64,000 nucleotides of DNA from Candidatus Omnitrophota bacterium (GTDB taxonomy: Bacteria; Omnitrophota; Gorgyraeia; Zapsychrales; JAKLDJ01): assembly GCA_022703585.1 (NCBI GenBank), contig JAKLDJ010000002.1, positions 91,413 to 155,412 of the forward strand. The letters are read 5' to 3'. A program made the position numbers and the translations under genes. Below, piece after piece: positions 9,101-19,411 of the stretch. Position 1 is the stretch's first letter, and each line of letters begins with the position of its first letter. The notes under the pieces are model-generated. The model saw nothing but the letters and a program-made list of their open reading frames with translations, had not been told where the DNA came from and did no database searches.

Positions 9101-9136
9101 GCGCAACATCTTACGGCTAGCCGTAAGATGTTGCGC
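9101..9136. other. Perfect 36-bp palindrome GCGCAACATCTTACGGCTAGCCGTAAGATGTTGCGC between rpmE and prfA
   Basis: Read directly from the sequence: a 16-bp stem with loop CTAG. It sits 15 nt after the rpmE stop and just before the prfA RBS. On the minus-strand transcript it is followed only by TTTAAG, a weak U-tract. Confidence 0.6.
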
Positions 9137-9150
9137 CGTGAAATAAATAA

Positions 9151-9372
9151 TTATTTCTTGGCGTAACGCTTAGAGAACCGGTCAATACGGCCTGCCGTGT
9201 CAACGAATTTCTTGGCCCCGGTAAAAAAGGGATGACACTTTGAGCAGATCTCCACACGGATGTTCTTTTTTGTCGAACGCGTGTGGATAACCTCGCCGCA
9301 GGCGCAGGTGATCGTGGTCTCGGCATAATTGGGGTGAATACCTGCCTTCATGATAATGCTCCTTTCTTTCAA
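9151..9372 (-). CDS. rpmE: 50S ribosomal protein L31
   Basis: 73 aa. MKAGIHPNY...CxxC...CHPFFTG zinc-ribbon L31 signature. Confidence 0.9.
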   Translation of the reverse strand: MKERSIIMKAGIHPNYAETTITCACGEVIHTRSTKKNIRVEICSKCHPFFTGAKKFVDTAGRIDRFSKRYAKK

Positions 9373-9390
9373 GTTTCCTATAAGTGTATT

Positions 9391-10671
9391 CTATTGGTTC
9401 ATATTTTGCAAGAATTCCACGTTGTTCTTAAATTTCCGCAATTTTTCCACGAGAAGCTCCATGGCTTCGGCCGCATTCAAATCATTGACGGCCTTGCGTA
9501 GCAACCAGATCTTTTGCAGTTCGTCTTCCTTGATCAACAGCTCTTCATGGCGAGTATTCGAGCGCCTGATATCGATCGCAGGATAAATTCTCCTTTGAAA
9601 TAACGTGCGGTCGAGCTGTATCTCCAGGTTTCCTGTCCCTTTAAACTCTTCAAAAATAACCTCATCCATGCGGCTGCCGGTATCAACCAAGGCAGTAGCA
9701 ATAATCGTAAGGCTTCCGCCCTCTTCCACGCCACGCGCCGCTCCGAAAAAGCGTTTGGGCTTATGCAATGCGTTGGAATCCACACCGCCGGAAAGAATCT
9801 TACCGCTATGTGGGACAACTGTATTGTAGGCGCGCGCCAGACGCGTGATGCTATCCAGGAGAATCACCACATCGCGTTTGTGTTCAACTAAACGTTTTGC
9901 CTTCTCCAGGACAATCTCCGCTATCTGAACATGGCGCTCGGGCGGTTCATCAAAAGTGGAAGAAATAACCTCCCCCTTGACACTGCGCTGCATATCCGTA
10001 ACCTCTTCCGGGCGCTCATCGATTAAAAGCACCATCAGGATAACATCCGGATAATTGGTCGTGATCGCATTGGCGAGTTTTTGCAAAAGGACCGTCTTAC
10101 CGCTATAGGGCGGCGCCACGATTAACCCGCGCTGACCCTTGCCTAACGGCGCCAACAGATCCATGATCCGGGTTGATATCTCATCCTTGGTCGTTTCCAA
10201 GACAAGGCGTTGATTGGGATACAGGGGCGTTAAATTATCAAAAAGGATTTTCTCCTTCGTCTTTTCAGGGTCCTCAAAATTAACCGCTTCAACCTTAAGA
10301 AGGGCAAAATATTTTTCGCCTTCCTTTGGGGGGCGGATATGGCCGCTGACGCTATCCCCGGTCTTTAAGTCAAACTTTCTTATCTGGGACGGCGACACAT
10401 AGATATCATCGGGACAGGGCAGATAATTGTAATTGACGCTGCGTAAGAAACCGAAACCCTCAGGTAAAATCTCAAGGGTCCCCTCGCCGAACATCAGCCC
10501 TTCTTTTTCGGCCTTGCCCTGAAGGATCTTAAAAATCATATCCTGTTTTTTGATGCCGCTGATACCGTTGACATTCATCTCTTTGGCAAGCTTGGTCAGC
10601 TCGGACATCTTCATGTCTTTTAACTTGCCAATATCAATTTCTTCCATCGTTTTTTCTGCTTTTTCTGGCAT
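9391..10671 (-). CDS. rho: Transcription termination factor Rho
   Basis: 426 aa. N-terminal RNA-binding domain and RecA-like ATPase with Walker A (GKT) and Q/R loops. Confidence 0.95.
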   Translation of the reverse strand: MPEKAEKTMEEIDIGKLKDMKMSELTKLAKEMNVNGISGIKKQDMIFKILQGKAEKEGLMFGEGTLEILPEGFGFLRSVNYNYLPCPDDIYVSPSQIRKFDLKTGDSVSGHIRPPKEGEKYFALLKVEAVNFEDPEKTKEKILFDNLTPLYPNQRLVLETTKDEISTRIMDLLAPLGKGQRGLIVAPPYSGKTVLLQKLANAITTNYPDVILMVLLIDERPEEVTDMQRSVKGEVISSTFDEPPERHVQIAEIVLEKAKRLVEHKRDVVILLDSITRLARAYNTVVPHSGKILSGGVDSNALHKPKRFFGAARGVEEGGSLTIIATALVDTGSRMDEVIFEEFKGTGNLEIQLDRTLFQRRIYPAIDIRRSNTRHEELLIKEDELQKIWLLRKAVNDLNAAEAMELLVEKLRKFKNNVEFLQNMNQ

Positions 10672-10694
10672 TGCGTTTCTCCCTTAAACTGTTT

Positions 10695-11300
10695 TTACTT
10701 TTTTATCCTTAATAACCGTTGCCACAAAACTTTCACTTGCTCTTTTGTTCTTGTTAAACTGCCTCTATTATCAATAACCGCGTCAGCCATACGGATTTTC
10801 TCTGCCAAAGGCATCTGCGCTTTTATCCTTTTAAGCGCTTCGCCCCGGGCGATACCCGTACGTTTCACAGTCCTCGCTAACTGCTGGCGTCGATTAGCTT
10901 TCACAACCACCAAAAAGTCAACGATTATGCCTAAACCCGCCTCGATTAAAAGCGGGGCATCGATAATAACGACGATGCTTTTATTCTGACTCTTCCGGTA
11001 GTGCGTTATGGTTTGCTTCGTCTGCCGAATAACAATGGGATGTATAATGTCGCAAAGTTTCTTGAGCTTCCGGGAATCATTAAAGACAATTGCCGATAAT
11101 TTCCTACGGTCAATCCTGCCTTTAGTGAATATGCCGGGGCCAAATACTTTCAAAACAGGCTTAACGCACCCCCCGCCGCGCTCCAGCAGTTTGCGGTTGA
11201 GGTCATCTGCATCAATGACCTTACCGCCCAACCGGCGGAACATCTCCGCGACGGTACTTTTACCCGTTGCCAAACTTCCTGTTAAACCGACGACAAGCAT
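10695..11300 (-). CDS. coaE: Dephospho-CoA kinase
   Basis: 201 aa. MLVVGLTGSLATGKST P-loop at the N-terminus. Confidence 0.85.
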   Translation of the reverse strand: MLVVGLTGSLATGKSTVAEMFRRLGGKVIDADDLNRKLLERGGGCVKPVLKVFGPGIFTKGRIDRRKLSAIVFNDSRKLKKLCDIIHPIVIRQTKQTITHYRKSQNKSIVVIIDAPLLIEAGLGIIVDFLVVVKANRRQQLARTVKRTGIARGEALKRIKAQMPLAEKIRMADAVIDNRGSLTRTKEQVKVLWQRLLRIKK

Positions 11301-12694
11301 TTCTGATATAATTCCTCGTATTCTTTGGCTGATTTGTCCCAGGAAAAATCACACTTAAAAGCCCTTTGGATCAATTTTCTAAATTGCTTCTTATCTTTAT
11401 GAATCTTCATAGCCAGCTGGATGGTCTTTATCAGGGCCTCCTTTTTATAATCTTCAAAAACAAAACCGTTACCCTTATTTTTGGGCCCGTCAAAGGACAC
11501 AATAGTATCCGCCAGGCCGCCGGTCTTAAAAACGAGCGGAATCGTCCCGTACTTGAGGCTGATCATCTGACTCAAGCCGCAAGGTTCATAGGTAGACGGC
11601 ATTAAGAAAACGTCGCTACCTGCATAGATCTGATGCGCGATTCTTTCGTTAAACTCCAGAAAACTGGCAATCTTCTTCGGATACATATAGGCGATCTCTT
11701 CTAAAATCCTGCGATAGCGTTCATCGCCCGTCCCTAAAAACACCATTTGCACGTCCAGCTTGGCAATCTTGGTAATGGATTTTATGACCAGGTCTAAACC
11801 CTTCTGCGTCGATAAGCGCCCAACGAAACCAAAAAGAGTCACATCCGCGCGTAACGGCAATTTTGAGATCTGCTGGAGCCTAATCTTGTTGGCCGCCTTA
11901 TCTTCAATATTCTCCGGAGAATATTTCTTGGCAATACTGCTATCCGTTTTGGGATCCCAGAGAGCATAGTCGATGCCATTTAAGATGCCGACTACGGGTG
12001 TCTTTTGCTGCTTTAAGACACCTTCCAATCCGCAGCCAAATTCATAGGTTTGAATTTCTTTGGCATAACGTTTACTGACAGTCGTGACCATATCGCTAAA
12101 GGCAATCCCGCCTTTCAGCAAATTGACCAACTCGTAGAATTCAAAACCATTAATGCCGTAAAGTTCCTCGGGAAGGCCGAGCTTAGGATATTCTTCTTTT
12201 TCAAACAATCCCTGAAAGGCCAGGTTATGAATCGTCAAAATCGATTTTACATCTTTAAAGAACGGGTCATTACGATACAACGACTTAAGATAAGCCGGAA
12301 TCAAAGCCGCTTGCCAATCATGGCAGTGGATAATATCGAATTTAAGATTATTCTCCTTTATAAATGCCAGCCCTTTACGGCAATAATACGCGAACCGGTC
12401 AAGATTATCTTCATAATCGCCGCTCTTGTCTCCGTAGAGGCCGTCACGGCCATAGAGGGCATCATTTTCGACAAAATAGACCTCAATATTCCGCCCGATT
12501 TTAGTTTTAAAAATACCGCCGCCAAGATTATTTAAATTAAATCTTTCCCTGTCAACACACTTGTACAGCGGCAACATGATAGAAACTTCTATCCCCCTTT
12601 TTTCCAGCGCTAACGGTAACGTCCCGCAAACATCGCCCAAACCCCCTGTTTGCGCGAACGGGCCGACTTCAGAGGAACAAAAAAGGATCCTCAT
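11282..12694 (-). CDS. glgA: Glycogen synthase (ADP-glucose type, GT5)
   Basis: 470 aa. MRILFCSSEVGPFAQTGGLGDV N-terminus with the KTGGL motif. Confidence 0.9.
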   Translation of the reverse strand: MRILFCSSEVGPFAQTGGLGDVCGTLPLALEKRGIEVSIMLPLYKCVDRERFNLNNLGGGIFKTKIGRNIEVYFVENDALYGRDGLYGDKSGDYEDNLDRFAYYCRKGLAFIKENNLKFDIIHCHDWQAALIPAYLKSLYRNDPFFKDVKSILTIHNLAFQGLFEKEEYPKLGLPEELYGINGFEFYELVNLLKGGIAFSDMVTTVSKRYAKEIQTYEFGCGLEGVLKQQKTPVVGILNGIDYALWDPKTDSSIAKKYSPENIEDKAANKIRLQQISKLPLRADVTLFGFVGRLSTQKGLDLVIKSITKIAKLDVQMVFLGTGDERYRRILEEIAYMYPKKIASFLEFNERIAHQIYAGSDVFLMPSTYEPCGLSQMISLKYGTIPLVFKTGGLADTIVSFDGPKNKGNGFVFEDYKKEALIKTIQLAMKIHKDKKQFRKLIQRAFKCDFSWDKSAKEYEELYQKCLSSV

Positions 12695-15273
12695 AACTCC
12701 TCCGTATCAAACCAATTTCTTCCCGCCTTGACGGTAACCTTAACCGGGACGGATAAATTTAGGGTATGTTCCATCTGTTTGCGGATAAGCTCAACTACCG
12801 TTTTCTTTTCTTTCTCGGGGACATCAAAGACAAGTTCGTCATGGACCGTGATAATCATTTTGGAATACAATTTCTTTTCCTCGAGCTCCCGCTGGATATT
12901 GATCATGGCGAGCTTGATCAAATCCGCCGCCGAACCCTGAACCGGGGTATTGATCGCCTGACGCTGGGCAAATTGGCGTATGGCCATATTGGGGCTTGTT
13001 ATTTCGGGTAAATACCGGCGGCGATTAAGCAAGGTTAAGACAAAACCTTCTTTTTCCGCTTTCTTAATTTCGTCTTCCATGAATTTCTTAACATCGGGAT
13101 AGCGCAAGAAATATTTATCGATAAATTCCTGCGCCTGCCCCAAGGAAATATCCAGATCTTTAGAGAGCCCGAAAGCGCTGATTCCGTAAATAATCCCAAA
13201 ATTAACCCGCTTGGCGGCATTGCGCATATCCGAGGTAACATCTTTCTCCTTGACGTCAAAAATCTGGGCCGCCGTAAACGCATGGATATCCTCGTCGTTC
13301 TTAAAGGCCTTTATAAGATTTTCATCTTTGGAAAGATGGGCCAAAATACGCAATTCGATCTGAGAATAGTCGGCAGAAACGATAAAATGATCTTTGTCCT
13401 TGGGCACAAAGGCCTTTCTAATCTGCCGGCCCAACTCGGTACGAATAGGAATATTCTGCAGATTAGGATTGTTCGAACTTAAGCGTCCGGTCTCGGTGCC
13501 GGCCTGATTAAACGAGGCATGGACACAACCCGTCTTGGGATTGATCAGTTTAGGCAAGGCATCGATATAGGTCGACTTTAATTTTGTCATTTGCCGGTAT
13601 TCGAGAATCAAAGCCGGTAAGGGATGTTCCTTGGCTAATTTTACCAAAACACCCTCGTCGGTCGAAAGGCCCGTCTTGGTTTTCTTGACAACCGGCAATT
13701 TTAATTTCTCAAACAAAACATGGCTCAGCTGCTTGGGGGAATTCAGGTTAAATTCCATCCCGGCCAATTCGTACAACTTGGCAACTAGGCCTTCGAGTTT
13801 TTTATCCAGCTCTTTGGATAATTTCCCCAGCAATTTTTCATCAACCGCCACCCCTTGTGCTTCCATGCGGGACAAAACATAGGCCAAGGGAATTTCGATC
13901 TCTTCAAATAATTTAATCAGAGACTTATCTTTTAACTCATCCCTTAAAATCGGATAGAGCCGGAAAATAATATCGGCTGAAACGGCAAAATCTTCTTTAT
14001 TAGATACGGACGTTTTAAGATAATTCCACGCCAAAGCGTCAATGTCGTAATTGCCTTGCGAAGGAGCGATCAAATACCCCGCCAAAAGACAATCAAACAT
14101 TTTTCCCTTAACGTCGATTTTCCTCTCGCGCAGAGCCTTCATTCCTTCCTTGATATTGTGGCTAACTTTAAGAATTCCATCGTCTTCGAAAATATCTTTT
14201 AGCTGAATGATCTTTGCATCGGACAAGACATACGCGTCCTTGCCGCCCACTGAAACCGCCATACCCTTAGGAAAGATTTCCTGGGTCTCGTCGCCGGGTT
14301 CGAACAAAAAAGCAAATTCTTTCTTTTTACGTATCTGGGATAAAAGTCCGTCGATCTCTTCTTTATTCTTTAGCGGCTTAACGCCAACAGCTTTATCGGT
14401 CTTGCCTTGTCCAGGTAAATACGGGGCTATTTCCTCGGTTAATTTACGGAATTCGAGTTTCTTAAATAGCTCGAACAGCTTTTGATAATCCGGCTCGGCA
14501 ACCTTCAATGTTTCCAAGTCAAAAGAAATCGGTACGCTGCGATCCAAAGTCGCCAACTCTTTACTAAACACCGCCTGCTCTTTTTGCTCAATAAGTTTTT
14601 CTTTGATCTTTTCGGATTTAATCGAGTCGACCTTTTTAAGGATATTTTCCAGGCTTCCATATTCCCCGATCAAATCCCGGGCCGTCACCTCGCCAATCCC
14701 TAAAACCCCGGGTATATTGTCGGTTTTATCACCCGTTAAAGCCAAGTAATCCGTCATCTGTTCAGGCTCAATGCCAAAAATCTCCCTGGCGGCAAGGCAA
14801 TCAATAATGCCGTCTTTATGCGTATTAAATATTTTTACTTTATCATTTAATAACTGGACCATATCTTTATCGCCGCTGACGATAACAACCTCGAGATCCT
14901 TCTTTGAGAATTTATCGGCAATAGTGGCAATAACATCATCGGCCTCGAATCCCTCCAGCTCAAAACGCGGCAATCGGTACGCCGAAACCACCTCTTTGAT
15001 AATCGGAATTTGACTGATCAGCTCATCCGGCATCTGTGGGCGGTGAATCTTATACTCGGCAAAGCGTTCCTGGCGCCGTGTTTTCTTACCGACATCAAAA
15101 CAAACGGCCATGTAATCGGGCTTATGATCCTTCAAGATCTTCTTTAAAGTGCTAATAAACCCGTAGACCGCGTTCGTGGCCTGGCCGTAGGTCGTCGATA
15201 GATTCTTAATAGCAAAATACGACCGGTAACACAGGGCATGGGCGTCGAGTAAAAATAATTTAGGATAAGACAT
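12691..15273 (-). CDS. polA: DNA polymerase I
   Basis: 860 aa. 5' nuclease, 3'-5' exo-like and polymerase domains. Motif A (DYSQIELR) and motif C (VHDE) are present. Confidence 0.95.
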   Translation of the reverse strand: MSYPKLFLLDAHALCYRSYFAIKNLSTTYGQATNAVYGFISTLKKILKDHKPDYMAVCFDVGKKTRRQERFAEYKIHRPQMPDELISQIPIIKEVVSAYRLPRFELEGFEADDVIATIADKFSKKDLEVVIVSGDKDMVQLLNDKVKIFNTHKDGIIDCLAAREIFGIEPEQMTDYLALTGDKTDNIPGVLGIGEVTARDLIGEYGSLENILKKVDSIKSEKIKEKLIEQKEQAVFSKELATLDRSVPISFDLETLKVAEPDYQKLFELFKKLEFRKLTEEIAPYLPGQGKTDKAVGVKPLKNKEEIDGLLSQIRKKKEFAFLFEPGDETQEIFPKGMAVSVGGKDAYVLSDAKIIQLKDIFEDDGILKVSHNIKEGMKALRERKIDVKGKMFDCLLAGYLIAPSQGNYDIDALAWNYLKTSVSNKEDFAVSADIIFRLYPILRDELKDKSLIKLFEEIEIPLAYVLSRMEAQGVAVDEKLLGKLSKELDKKLEGLVAKLYELAGMEFNLNSPKQLSHVLFEKLKLPVVKKTKTGLSTDEGVLVKLAKEHPLPALILEYRQMTKLKSTYIDALPKLINPKTGCVHASFNQAGTETGRLSSNNPNLQNIPIRTELGRQIRKAFVPKDKDHFIVSADYSQIELRILAHLSKDENLIKAFKNDEDIHAFTAAQIFDVKEKDVTSDMRNAAKRVNFGIIYGISAFGLSKDLDISLGQAQEFIDKYFLRYPDVKKFMEDEIKKAEKEGFVLTLLNRRRYLPEITSPNMAIRQFAQRQAINTPVQGSAADLIKLAMINIQRELEEKKLYSKMIITVHDELVFDVPEKEKKTVVELIRKQMEHTLNLSVPVKVTVKAGRNWFDTEEL

Positions 15274-15308
15274 GCGAGGAATTATAAGACCATTAAATTA
15301 AAATCATG

Positions 15309-16259
15309 CTATTTCTTGCTTGGATTAGAAACGATGATAGGTTCATCTGGAATATTGGCGAGTATTCTACGGATTTCTAATTTTGCAGAAAACGTATCTC
15401 CTAATTCGAGCATCTTAATCGCGAGATCCGCGTGTTCCTTAACCTTCACTTGAGCGTAAGCAATCCTGGCTTCGTTACGGACATTAACAATCTTGGGATT
15501 TTTAGGGGTTAAGAAAAGTGCCCGGTCGTATTCTTCGATGGCATTTTCGTATTTCTTCTCTTTGGCTAGCTTCTTGCCGCTTTGATAATATTGTTCGGCA
15601 TCAACAACACGCTTATAAAACTCTTCTTGCGACTTTCGAGTCAGCTCCTGGTTAAGCTCAGAAGCCTCGAATTGCGTCAGCCATTTCCTGACGCTAGGGT
15701 CTTTTTTGCCAAACTCGGCCAACCCCTGCTTCGCCTTGTCAGTCCAAGGGTCTTTTGAGTCACCCCATTCAATACGTTTCTTAAGATAGGCTATGGCCTC
15801 TTTTGTGTTACCTTGCTTTTCATAAAAGTAGGCAAGGTTTGTGTACGTCGGCAGATAGTGACTGTCGACATCCAGGGCCTGCAGGTAGCTCTCTTCGGCT
15901 CTGTCCAGCATCCCCAATTGTTCATAGATAACGCCGATATCATTAAAGATACTCGGGTCAGCTAAGCCCAGCGCAGAGGCCTTAACGTAATACGACAAGG
16001 CCTCCTGGAGATTACCCTTTTGCTGCGCGTCATAGCCCTTGAGACGTAGTTCTTGGGCTGATTTTTCTTTTATTTCTTTCTCGGCAAAAACACTTGGATG
16101 AAAAGTGAAGAATAAAAAGGAGAAAATAAGAAACGTGCTGCAGATTCGATTAATCTTAAGCTCCTTCCAATATTTAGGATAATGTATCGTTTTCATTTTG
16201 GCAAGTAAAATCTCACGTCCTCCGATAAAATTTCCTCTCGCTTCCGACGGCACAATCAA
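15309..16259 (-). CDS. TPR-repeat protein with N-terminal hydrophobic segment (secreted or membrane-anchored)
   Basis: 316 aa. Several TPR units (e.g. EALSYYVKASALG, AEESYLQALDVDSHY). The true start may be the internal MKTIHYP. Overlaps the upstream gene by 4 nt. Confidence 0.55.
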   Translation of the reverse strand: MIVPSEARGNFIGGREILLAKMKTIHYPKYWKELKINRICSTFLIFSFLFFTFHPSVFAEKEIKEKSAQELRLKGYDAQQKGNLQEALSYYVKASALGLADPSIFNDIGVIYEQLGMLDRAEESYLQALDVDSHYLPTYTNLAYFYEKQGNTKEAIAYLKKRIEWGDSKDPWTDKAKQGLAEFGKKDPSVRKWLTQFEASELNQELTRKSQEEFYKRVVDAEQYYQSGKKLAKEKKYENAIEEYDRALFLTPKNPKIVNVRNEARIAYAQVKVKEHADLAIKMLELGDTFSAKLEIRRILANIPDEPIIVSNPSKK

Positions 16260-17542
16260 GAAACGCCCTCCCGGTTTTCAGCCAATGCCTGAAGATTATC
16301 GGTAACCTCGGGTAATTTCGCAGGAATCTCGGTTTCGCATTTATCAACACTATCTTCAAAAAGGCAATCTCTTAAAGAAGCAATGTCGGGTGATTGCTCA
16401 CGCACAAGACGAATGACTTTATCTTTTAGGATACCGGCATTAATAAGAACGGCCCCGAGCGGACAATGATCCTTGACAAGTATTTTCACATAGCTTTTCG
16501 CTTGAGAATCAAATCTCGACCATTCCTTCGTATCGGCGTGGCGTTTTGCTCTGCCTGCAAAAGTTAAATCCAGGCCCAATAAATCGACTTCAAACAACCG
16601 GGAAGGAACGCTAAAAGATGCCTCCTGGCCGCCGATAATGCATCCGGCAACCCGTCCTTGTTCGGCGAGAGACAATAAAGAAATCTCGCAGTCATCCCAG
16701 CCATCAAGACCGGCATCTTTTACCATTCGGTCAAGCGCAAAGACATTCTCAAGATTCGTACGCAAGCCGGTATCAACCGGAATCCTTTGGTCAATTTCTA
16801 AGACTGAATCCGTAAATAACTTTAAATCCGGGCTAACTTCATCGAACATAACCGCTTGAGCCGCTAATACTTTTCCGCTCTTTAGCCGCACAGCCTTAAC
16901 GTCATTGTCACCTAGAATTTCACTAATAGAATTTTCTTTGACGATACGGACGCCACTCTCCTCCAAATGCTTCGCAAGAATTTCCGAAGGATCACGATCA
17001 ATCAAAGACGAGAGCAGATATTCGTTCGGGATAACCAGCAGTACCTCTTTGCCGCGTTTGCGCAATCCCGCCGCAACCTTTAAAGCCGCTATGCTGTTGC
17101 CTTCAACAACCACCGTATCGATAACCGGGATGATCGTGAGAATATCTTTGATACCGCTTAAACGCTTCAGGCTAAAAACACCGGCCTTGCTGACCCCCTT
17201 TATTTCTGGAAATTTGTCCGCGCCGTCGGCAATAATCAGAACATCATAAGGAAATTGCTCTTTTTCCTCAGTAATAACACGGCTCTTTTTAAAATCAACC
17301 CTGCCTATTTTCTTATCAAAAATGACATTGATCTTTTTATCTTTGTAAAAATCGTTCGGTTTATAAAAAACCTTCTCCTGGGGAGCATCTTTTTCTAAAA
17401 GATCAGCCAACAGATGCCGCCGGTAGGCAAAATGGGCTTCATAAGAAAAGACGGTTATTTCGCTTTCCTGGTCAGCAACACGGATCTCCTCCAGGGCTCG
17501 TATAGCAGCGATAGAATTTCCCAGAACAACGATTTTTTTCAT
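16256..17542 (-). CDS. Pyridine-nucleotide-disulfide/FAD oxidoreductase-like protein with degenerate dinucleotide-binding motifs
   Basis: 428 aa. Two Rossmann-like segments, VVLGNSIAA and VVVEGNSIAA, stand in place of GxGxxG/A. A Cys-containing C-terminal domain is present (DHCP..., DKCE). Confidence 0.5.
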   Translation of the reverse strand: MKKIVVLGNSIAAIRALEEIRVADQESEITVFSYEAHFAYRRHLLADLLEKDAPQEKVFYKPNDFYKDKKINVIFDKKIGRVDFKKSRVITEEKEQFPYDVLIIADGADKFPEIKGVSKAGVFSLKRLSGIKDILTIIPVIDTVVVEGNSIAALKVAAGLRKRGKEVLLVIPNEYLLSSLIDRDPSEILAKHLEESGVRIVKENSISEILGDNDVKAVRLKSGKVLAAQAVMFDEVSPDLKLFTDSVLEIDQRIPVDTGLRTNLENVFALDRMVKDAGLDGWDDCEISLLSLAEQGRVAGCIIGGQEASFSVPSRLFEVDLLGLDLTFAGRAKRHADTKEWSRFDSQAKSYVKILVKDHCPLGAVLINAGILKDKVIRLVREQSPDIASLRDCLFEDSVDKCETEIPAKLPEVTDNLQALAENREGVS

Positions 17543-17546
17543 CAGC

Positions 17547-18410
17547 CTAACCCTTTACCTGTAACTTAAAAGCTTCAATAGTATTTTTCATGAGCATCAC
17601 GACCGTTAAGGGACCAACGCCTCCGGGAACAGGCGTAATATACGACGCCTTTTGGCTTGCCGATTCAAAGTCGACATCTCCGACAATCGTCTTTCCGATC
17701 CGGTTAATGCCGACATCAATAACAACGGCATTCTCTTTGATCCACTCGCCCTTAACCAGCCCCGCCTTACCGACAGCAACGATGAGAATATCGGCGCGAG
17801 CGATATGCTCCGTCAAAAGGCCAGCCTCAACAGTCCCGGTATGGCAAACGGTAACAGTCGCCGATTGCTCCAGCAAAAGCAAGATCAAAGGTTTTCCCAC
17901 GATTTCACTGCGCCCAACGATAACCGCCTCTTTACCACGCAGCTTCACGCCCGTTGATTTAATATGTTCCATGACCGCGGCCGGAGTCGCGGGGATAATT
18001 TTCGCTCCCCCAAGAAGCATTTTACCGAGATTGGCCGGTTTCATCCCTTCGATATCTTTAGCTGTATCCACGCACTCGGCTACCAGACGATAGTCAACGT
18101 GTGCGGGAAGCGGCTGGTAAATCATGATACCGTGCGTCCCGGGATCTCTATTCAACTCCTCGATTGACTCGATCAATTTCTTTTGAGAAATATCCTCAGG
18201 CAAATTGATAAGCCCGTAATCTATTCCGATATCCTGGGCAACTTTTTTCTGAGAATTGGCATAGGTCTTGGCCGCCGCATCATCACCGACCAAGATATTC
18301 GCTAGTCTAGGGACAAGCCCTGTTTTTTGCCTAAGGGCATCGACTTCTTTCTTTAAGTTTTGCTTAACGCTTTCGGCAAGAAGCTTTCCGTCCAAGAGAC
18401 GTGCCGTCAT
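17547..18410 (-). CDS. folD: Bifunctional methylene-THF dehydrogenase / methenyl-THF cyclohydrolase
   Basis: 287 aa. YANSQKK... and GxSxxVGxP (GRSEIVGKPL) motifs. Confidence 0.9.
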   Translation of the reverse strand: MTARLLDGKLLAESVKQNLKKEVDALRQKTGLVPRLANILVGDDAAAKTYANSQKKVAQDIGIDYGLINLPEDISQKKLIESIEELNRDPGTHGIMIYQPLPAHVDYRLVAECVDTAKDIEGMKPANLGKMLLGGAKIIPATPAAVMEHIKSTGVKLRGKEAVIVGRSEIVGKPLILLLLEQSATVTVCHTGTVEAGLLTEHIARADILIVAVGKAGLVKGEWIKENAVVIDVGINRIGKTIVGDVDFESASQKASYITPVPGGVGPLTVVMLMKNTIEAFKLQVKG

Positions 18411-18892
18411 TGATTGATCTCCACATTGACAAGAGCGGAATTAAATGCGGCAGTTAAAAGTTCCAGCGCCACCCGGATATCGCTTAACAGATACTGATTG
18501 CCATGTTCCACCAAAAACGGGGTAAGCTCAACCGCCTTGTAACACAAGCGGCAAGTTTCGAAGGGGACTTCCCGGGCTTTCTTTAGAGCGGCATTCTTAA
18601 TACGAGGGCTCGCCTTTCTGGTTTTGACAACACCCAAATAGGCCTTGGCGTCCAAGTCGACAATTTCCAAGAGTCGTTTTCTGATTTTTTCGCTTTCGCA
18701 CAAAATACCCTTGATCTTCCCATCGGTAGGCTTCGGCTTGTCTTTGCGGACGGAATAATTAGCGACCATCGAGATAAGAGCCGCGCCCAAGGCACCGCTA
18801 AGGGCTGCCGCCGAGCCGCCCCCGGGAACGGGCACACGCATTGAAAGCTCTTGCAAGTATCTTCTTAAAGTTTGATTTTTATATGCCGGCAT
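18407..18892 (-). CDS. Cyclodeaminase/cyclohydrolase-domain protein (FTCD C-terminal-like; methenyl-THF cyclohydrolase-like)
   Basis: 161 aa. PVPGGGSAAALSGALGAALISMV is the hallmark of the formiminotransferase-cyclodeaminase C-domain family. Translationally coupled to folD. Confidence 0.7.
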   Translation of the reverse strand: MPAYKNQTLRRYLQELSMRVPVPGGGSAAALSGALGAALISMVANYSVRKDKPKPTDGKIKGILCESEKIRKRLLEIVDLDAKAYLGVVKTRKASPRIKNAALKKAREVPFETCRLCYKAVELTPFLVEHGNQYLLSDIRVALELLTAAFNSALVNVEINQ

Positions 18893-18938
18893 GGCGGGAT
18901 AAAAAAGGTTGGTACTCTCTTTCCTCTGTTGATGTTTT

Positions 18939-18967
18939 TATCATACCGTAAGCTAAATCTTTTTGCA
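18939..18967 (-). promoter_or_regulatory. Sigma70-like promoter TTGCAA-N17-TATGAT for the cyclodeaminase-folD transcript
   Basis: The minus strand reads TTGCAAaaagatttagcttacggTATGAT, inside the 135-nt AT-rich gap between yraN and the cyclodeaminase gene. Confidence 0.4.
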
Positions 18968-19027
18968 ATAGCTGGTTATGATTTTTTATGCGCTCCAATG
19001 AGCTTTCTTTTTAGGGGTTCTCGCATC

Positions 19028-19411
19028 TTAATACCTATAAGAAGAATCCAACTCAAAGGCGTCTTTAAGAATGCCAGGCTGATACTCTCCGTCTTCGCCC
19101 TGAGCAACCGCCACAATATCAAAACGCGCCTTTTGGTCTAACAGGTTTTTGCGCTTAAGATACAAAAGGGCGGATTGGGAAAGTTTGCGTTGCTTAAACT
19201 TTGATACGGCCTCAAAGGGCGTGCCGTATGTCTCATCCGTCCTGGTTTTCACTTCGATAAAACAAACCGTATCGCCATCGAGGGCAATAATGTCAATCTC
19301 GCCCAAAGGGGTTTTAAAATTCTTTTCCAGGATCCGATAGCCATGTTTCTTTAAGAAAGTAACGGCTAACGCTTCTCCCCTTTTTCCCAATGCGAGTGTT
19401 TTAAGAGTCAC
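19028..19411 (-). CDS. yraN: YraN-family endonuclease (UPF0102)
   Basis: 127 aa. GEIDIIA...FIEVKTR motif. Confidence 0.8.
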   Translation of the reverse strand: MTLKTLALGKRGEALAVTFLKKHGYRILEKNFKTPLGEIDIIALDGDTVCFIEVKTRTDETYGTPFEAVSKFKQRKLSQSALLYLKRKNLLDQKARFDIVAVAQGEDGEYQPGILKDAFELDSSYRY

